Shown here piece after piece: positions 60,192-64,000 of a DNA stretch of 64,000 nt. Each line of letters opens with the position of its first letter. Position 1 is the stretch's first letter. The translations under genes and the position numbers were made by a program. The notes under the pieces are model-generated. The model worked only from the letters and a program-made list of their open reading frames with translations, did no database searches and had not been told where the DNA came from. Where the stretch lies: assembly GCA_900543605.1 (NCBI GenBank), contig UQSK01000001.1:23720-87719 (forward strand). The letters run 5' to 3'. The DNA is from an uncultured Collinsella sp. GTDB taxonomy: Bacteria > Actinomycetota > Coriobacteriia > Coriobacteriales > Coriobacteriaceae.

Positions 60192-60362
60192 GGAAGATGC
60201 GACCCGGTTTTTGGCCGAATAGTGGGTCGCATTTTCCGGATGGGGTGGGTTGCGGAAAGTGCGACCCGGAATATTGCTCTGAAACGGGATGCGGTTTCCC
60301 TGATGCGCCTCAAACGGAAAGCGCATCCCATTCCGGAGCTCCAAAACGGGATGCGCTTTCCG
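60192..60362. repeat. tandem array of three ~63-nt hairpin units
   Basis: The arms are GGAAGATGCGACCC / GGGTCGCATTTTCC (60192-60237), GGAAAGTGCGACCC / GGGATGCGGTTTCC (60254-60298) and GGAAAGCGCATCCC / GGGATGCGCTTTCC (60317-60362). The loops are 17-18 nt. Confidence 0.8.
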
Positions 60363-60403
60363 CGCGGAAGAATTGTCGCAGCTGCGTTAAGCAGTGTCGC
60401 TCG

Positions 60404-61072
60404 TTACTCGCCCAGAATCAGCGCTGCTAGCTCGTTCTGGGTGTCCACCACGTAGTCGGCGCCGGCGGACTCCAGCTCTGCGCGGCCGCGGAAGCCCCAG
60501 CTGACGCCCGCACTCTTAAGGCCGGCGTTGTGACCGGTCAGGATATCGACATTGGAATCGCCCACATAGAGCGTGGTCGACGGATCGGCGCCTAGCTCTT
60601 CCATCACATGCAGCGTAACAGGCGCCTCGGGCTTGGGCGGAAACGCATCGACGCGGCCCTGCACCAGCGCAAAGCGCTCGGAACCAAAATACTTCTCGAT
60701 AAGCGGAGCCGCCGAGACGTGGTCCTTGTTGGTGAGCACGGCAAGCTGAACGCCCGCGGCGCGTAGGCGGTCGAGCATCTCGATCGTGCCGGCATAGGGG
60801 GCGGTGTGGTCCTCCTTGTGCTCGCCGTAGTAAGCCCTAAACTCGGCAAGCGCCTGCTCAAACATGCGGCCGTCGCCCGCATACTCGGCGGGCATAAAGC
60901 GCTCAACCAGCTTGAGCATGCCGTTTCCCACCTTGTAGCGGTACTCGTCTACGGCAAACGAGGGCCAGCCGTGCATCTCGCAGGTATGGTTGCCGGCGGC
61001 CGCCAGGTCCTCGAGTGTGTTGAGGATGGTGCCGTCCAGGTCAAAGATCACATGGGAAAAAGCTGCTGCCAT
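60404..61072 (-). CDS. HAD-superfamily hydrolase (phosphoglycolate phosphatase-like)
   Basis: The start was moved to ATG 61072 (RBS GGGAG). Motif I is VIFDLDGTILNT. TNK and YVGDSNVD are also present. Confidence 0.85.
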   Translation of the reverse strand: MAAAFSHVIFDLDGTILNTLEDLAAAGNHTCEMHGWPSFAVDEYRYKVGNGMLKLVERFMPAEYAGDGRMFEQALAEFRAYYGEHKEDHTAPYAGTIEMLDRLRAAGVQLAVLTNKDHVSAAPLIEKYFGSERFALVQGRVDAFPPKPEAPVTLHVMEELGADPSTTLYVGDSNVDILTGHNAGLKSAGVSWGFRGRAELESAGADYVVDTQNELAALILGE

Positions 61073-61195
61073 AAAAACTCCCGTCATTGGGTTTAAAACG
61101 CACCCCATAATACTGGGCTTCCGCGTTGGGCGTGCTTGGAATCTGAACATCTCCAGGGGTATCAGGCCGCATCGCGCCGACCGTGTGGTTTCGCC

Positions 61196-62230
61196 CTAGC
61201 AAATCCTCGGCAGCTGTTCTCCCACGAGCATGTCGAGGATGCGGGTCGAACCCCAGCCGGTGCGCACGCGCACGGCGGGACGGGCGTCCTCGGCAAGCGG
61301 CAGCACGCGACCGATGACGGCGGCATTCTCGCCGTAGCGGGCGGCGCGCATGGCGCTCAGCGCGGCATCGGCTTGCTCGGCCGGCACGACGGCAACCATC
61401 TTGCCCTCGTTTGCCACCTGTAACACATCGTAGCCGAGCATCTCGCAGGCGGCCTGCACGTCGGGACGCACGGGCACGGCATCCTCGTCGACCTCCATGG
61501 CAACATTGCTGGCCTGGGCAAACTCGTTGAGTGTGGACGCCAGGCCACCGCGCGTGGGGTCGCGAAAGCAACGCGTGCCGGGCGCTGCGGCCAGAACGTC
61601 GGCAATCAGGTGGTTGAGCGGCGCGGCATCGCTTTCGATCGTGCTCGAAAACGCCAAACCCTCGCGTTGGCTCATGATGGCGATGCCGTGGTCGCCCAGC
61701 GTACCCGAGACCAGGATGACATCGCCGGGCTGGCAGTTTGCGCCGCTGAGCGCCACGCCCGCAGGCACCTCGCCCACGCCGGCGGTATTGATGTAGACGC
61801 CGTCGGCACCGCCGCGCTCGACCACCTTGGTGTCGCCCGTGATTATGGACACGCCCGCCTCGCGTGCCGTCTCGGCCATCGTCTGCACAATCTGGCGGAG
61901 CTTATCCATGGGATAGCCCTCTTCGAGGATAAAGCCGCACGACAGGTAGCGCACGTTGGCGCCCGAGGTCGCGACGTCGTTGACGGTTCCGCACACGGCG
62001 AGGCGGCCGATGTTGCCACCGGGGAAGAACTGCGGCGAGACTACAAAGCTGTCGGTCGACATGGCGATGCGCCCGCTCGCGGGCAGCGCGGCGACGCCGG
62101 CATCGTTGCCTTCGAGCAGCTCGGGCGACCCAAAGGCATCCAAAAAGACCTCATCGATGATGCGTTTCATCATCTGGCCGCCGGAGCCGTGGCCCAGCAG
62201 GACGGTGCTATCGGTAACGCTATGGGACAT
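61196..62230 (-). CDS. hypE: hydrogenase maturation carbamoyl dehydratase HypE
   Basis: The start was moved to ATG 62230. The protein has an AIR-synthase-like fold (LGHGSGG) and ends in the characteristic C-terminal PRIC. Confidence 0.9.
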   Translation of the reverse strand: MSHSVTDSTVLLGHGSGGQMMKRIIDEVFLDAFGSPELLEGNDAGVAALPASGRIAMSTDSFVVSPQFFPGGNIGRLAVCGTVNDVATSGANVRYLSCGFILEEGYPMDKLRQIVQTMAETAREAGVSIITGDTKVVERGGADGVYINTAGVGEVPAGVALSGANCQPGDVILVSGTLGDHGIAIMSQREGLAFSSTIESDAAPLNHLIADVLAAAPGTRCFRDPTRGGLASTLNEFAQASNVAMEVDEDAVPVRPDVQAACEMLGYDVLQVANEGKMVAVVPAEQADAALSAMRAARYGENAAVIGRVLPLAEDARPAVRVRTGWGSTRILDMLVGEQLPRIC

Positions 62231-62314
62231 ATCGAAAACTCCAATCGTGGATGGAATTATATGGGTGAGGCGCACCGTCGACTGGTCCGCCGTTCGTTAG
62301 AACGGCGGAACCTA

Positions 62315-63427
62315 TTAGCCTCGGTAGCGGAAATATGCTGCGCAGCTGCCCTCGGAGCTCACCATGCAGGGGCCGACGGGATGCTCGGGCGTACAAGCGT
62401 GGCCGAACAGGGGGCAGTCGCTCGGCGTAATGGCCCCGCGCAGCACGTCGCCGCAGCGGCACCCGCGTGGCTCGACCGTCGGCTCGATGGGCACGTCAAA
62501 GCGCATGCTGGCATCAAAGTGCGAAAACTCGGGACGAATGGCGAGTCCCGAAGCCGCAATCGATCCCAGCCCGCGCCACGTGGTATCGCACGGCTCAAAT
62601 ACCTGCTCGACCAGCTGGCGCGCCACAGGATTGCCGTCGGCATTGACGCCGCGACGGTAGGCGTTGTCGATCGCGGGTTGCCCCTCAACAACCATCTGGA
62701 CCAGCATGCAGATACCCTGCAAGATGTCGACCGGCTCAAATCCCGTTACCACGCCTGGAGTCTTAAACTCGTCGACCAAAAAGCCAAAGGGGGCTAAGCC
62801 CGTGATGGTGGCGACGTGGCCCGGCAGGATAAAGCCGTCGATAGTGGTCTCGGGGTCGTTGGCGATGGCGCGCAACGCCGGCGGCGTGGTCTTGTGGGCG
62901 CAATAGACCGAGAAGTTCAAAAGCCCGCGCGCCTCGGCCTCCAAGATGGCGGCGGCGATGGTGGGCGTCGTAGTCTCGAAGCCCACGCCCATAAAAATGA
63001 CCGGGCGATCAGGGTTTTGCTCGGCAATGTCGAGCGCGTCGAGCGGGGAGTACACAATGCGGATATCGCGCCCTGCCGCCTTTTGCGCAGCGAGCGAGGT
63101 GGATGACCCGGGCACGCGCATCATGTCGCCAAAGGTGGTGATGATGGCGCCGTCTATGTTGGCGAGCGCGATCGCGTGGTCGATGTCGCGGTTGGCGGTA
63201 ACGCAGACGGGGCAGCCCGGTCCGCTCAGCAGCTTGAGCCCGGTCGGCATAATGGAGCGAAAGCCATAGCGGCCGATGCTCACGGTGTGCGTGCCGCAGA
63301 CTTCCATAAGGTTGATGGTGCGGTCGCCGACGAGTTCATGGATGCGTTCGATGAGCTCACGGGCTAGCATGGGATCTCGGAATGCCGAAACGCCGATACC
63401 GGAGCGCGCCGGCTGTCCGGCCGCCAC
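62315..63427 (-). CDS. hypD: hydrogenase maturation factor HypD
   Basis: The motifs CGTHT, GPGCPVCVT and a C-terminal Cys-rich region are present. The GTG start overlaps the hypC stop (TAGTG). Confidence 0.9.
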   Translation of the reverse strand: MAAGQPARSGIGVSAFRDPMLARELIERIHELVGDRTINLMEVCGTHTVSIGRYGFRSIMPTGLKLLSGPGCPVCVTANRDIDHAIALANIDGAIITTFGDMMRVPGSSTSLAAQKAAGRDIRIVYSPLDALDIAEQNPDRPVIFMGVGFETTTPTIAAAILEAEARGLLNFSVYCAHKTTPPALRAIANDPETTIDGFILPGHVATITGLAPFGFLVDEFKTPGVVTGFEPVDILQGICMLVQMVVEGQPAIDNAYRRGVNADGNPVARQLVEQVFEPCDTTWRGLGSIAASGLAIRPEFSHFDASMRFDVPIEPTVEPRGCRCGDVLRGAITPSDCPLFGHACTPEHPVGPCMVSSEGSCAAYFRYRG

Positions 63428-63687
63428 TAGTATGCCTCGGCCGGGTTGCTGGCCAGTTGGTCTTCTTCGGCCAGTTCGGTCATGGCATTAACGAGCTCGA
63501 GCGTTTCTTGCGCTTCCTGCTCGTCGACAATCTGGATGCCAAAGCCGGCGTGTACGAGAATATAGTCGCCAACCTGCGCCGTCGGCACGAGTCGCAGCGA
63601 CACGGGGCGCTCGATGCCCATCATGTCGACGGTGGCCTTGAGGTCGTCGTCGCGTTTGACTACTTTGCCGGGAACGGCAAGGCACAT
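63427..63687 (-). CDS. hypC: hydrogenase maturation chaperone HypC
   Basis: The N-terminal MCLAVPGKV motif is present. The length is 86 aa. Confidence 0.9.
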   Translation of the reverse strand: MCLAVPGKVVKRDDDLKATVDMMGIERPVSLRLVPTAQVGDYILVHAGFGIQIVDEQEAQETLELVNAMTELAEEDQLASNPAEAY

Positions 63688-63821
63688 ATTGTTCCCCTTT
63701 TATACGCTTTGCGCTGGATGGGCGCTTAATAATCCATCAGTTGATGGTAGCGCTCGCGGGGTTCGCGGGCAAACGCGTTACGCCTGTGAGACGGTTGGAC
63801 ACAGCGGCGTGCGAGGGCGAG

Positions 63822-64000
63822 TTACTGCGATGCGATCTGCGCAAGACGAGCGCTTGCGACCGCCGCCTGACCGTAGGCGATGCAGCCGTCATTGACGGGT
63901 ACGGTGTGGGGGACCAAGACAGCAAGGCCCGTGCTTTTGAGCTCGCGGGTGAGGAGCTGGAGCAGAAGTCGGTTCATGAACACGCCGCCCGAGAGTGCGA
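63822..64000 (-). CDS. hypF: carbamoyltransferase HypF, C-terminal end (continues beyond the right edge)
   Basis: Manual minus-strand translation gives ...ALSGGVFMNRLLLQLLTRELKSTGLAVLVPHTVPVNDGCIAYGQAAVASARLAQIASQ*. LSGGVF.N ... NDG.I.GQ is the HypF C-terminal pattern. The gene sits upstream of hypCDE. Confidence 0.7.
   Translation of the reverse strand, partial: ALSGGVFMNRLLLQLLTRELKSTGLAVLVPHTVPVNDGCIAYGQAAVASARLAQIASQ

Overview
This is a high-GC (roughly 60-65% by eye) actinobacterial chromosome segment. Gene content suggests a gut Coriobacteriia (Collinsella/Eggerthella-like) organism, but that is an inference. From left to right the window holds:

- **1-5333:** the right-hand part of a small integrative mobilizable element (integrase, relaxase, type IV coupling protein, MobC). 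It ends at a duplicated 3' half of tRNA-fMet, which I read as attR.
- **5862-7898:** an Old-Yellow-Enzyme/FAD enoate-reductase-like gene, preceded by a very regular hairpin array.
- **8922-14554:** a six-function Ech-type group-4 [NiFe] hydrogenase operon in which the EchA and EchB membrane subunits are fused into one 960-aa ORF.
- **15353-24836:** a LiaS/DesK-type two-component system with a divergent ABC-2 exporter, a MacB/FtsX-type ABC exporter and a methyltransferase.
- **25191-33582:** housekeeping and envelope genes.
- **33957-37072:** an unusual Mg2+ locus. A PRC-barrel + MgtE_N + CBS protein with a non-MgtE membrane domain is tightly coupled to an Nramp-related Mg2+ transporter (DAGG / TTIAPW signature), behind a possible M-box leader.
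- **37623-47540:** an OatA-like acyltransferase, rbsK, a nucleoside hydrolase, luxS, a DUF4867-like protein, and a three-gene degenerate-kinase/kinase/LuxR-regulator module.
- **47651-51948:** a DUF4428 / double-zinc-ribbon / SPFH (YdjG/YdjI-like) / lipoprotein operon.
- **52569-59879:** mgtA and pyrE, a low-GC Fic cassette flanked by 71-nt direct repeats, a solitary PTS EIIA gene and a lipoprotein gene.
- **60404-64000:** a HAD phosphatase and hypE, hypD, hypC and partial hypF.

The intergenic DNA is unusually rich in hairpin-forming repeat families: tandem hairpin arrays, MITE-like nested palindromes and a REP-like TCATTGGGGAC...CTTAAATGA family.

The best candidates for undescribed biology are:
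1. the MgtE_N-CBS partner of the NRMT transporter;
2. the luxS-proximal paired-sensor module;
3. the zinc-ribbon/SPFH operon;
4. the repeat-flanked Fic cassette;
5. the hairpin arrays.

All functional calls come from motif recognition by eye. No database search was run.
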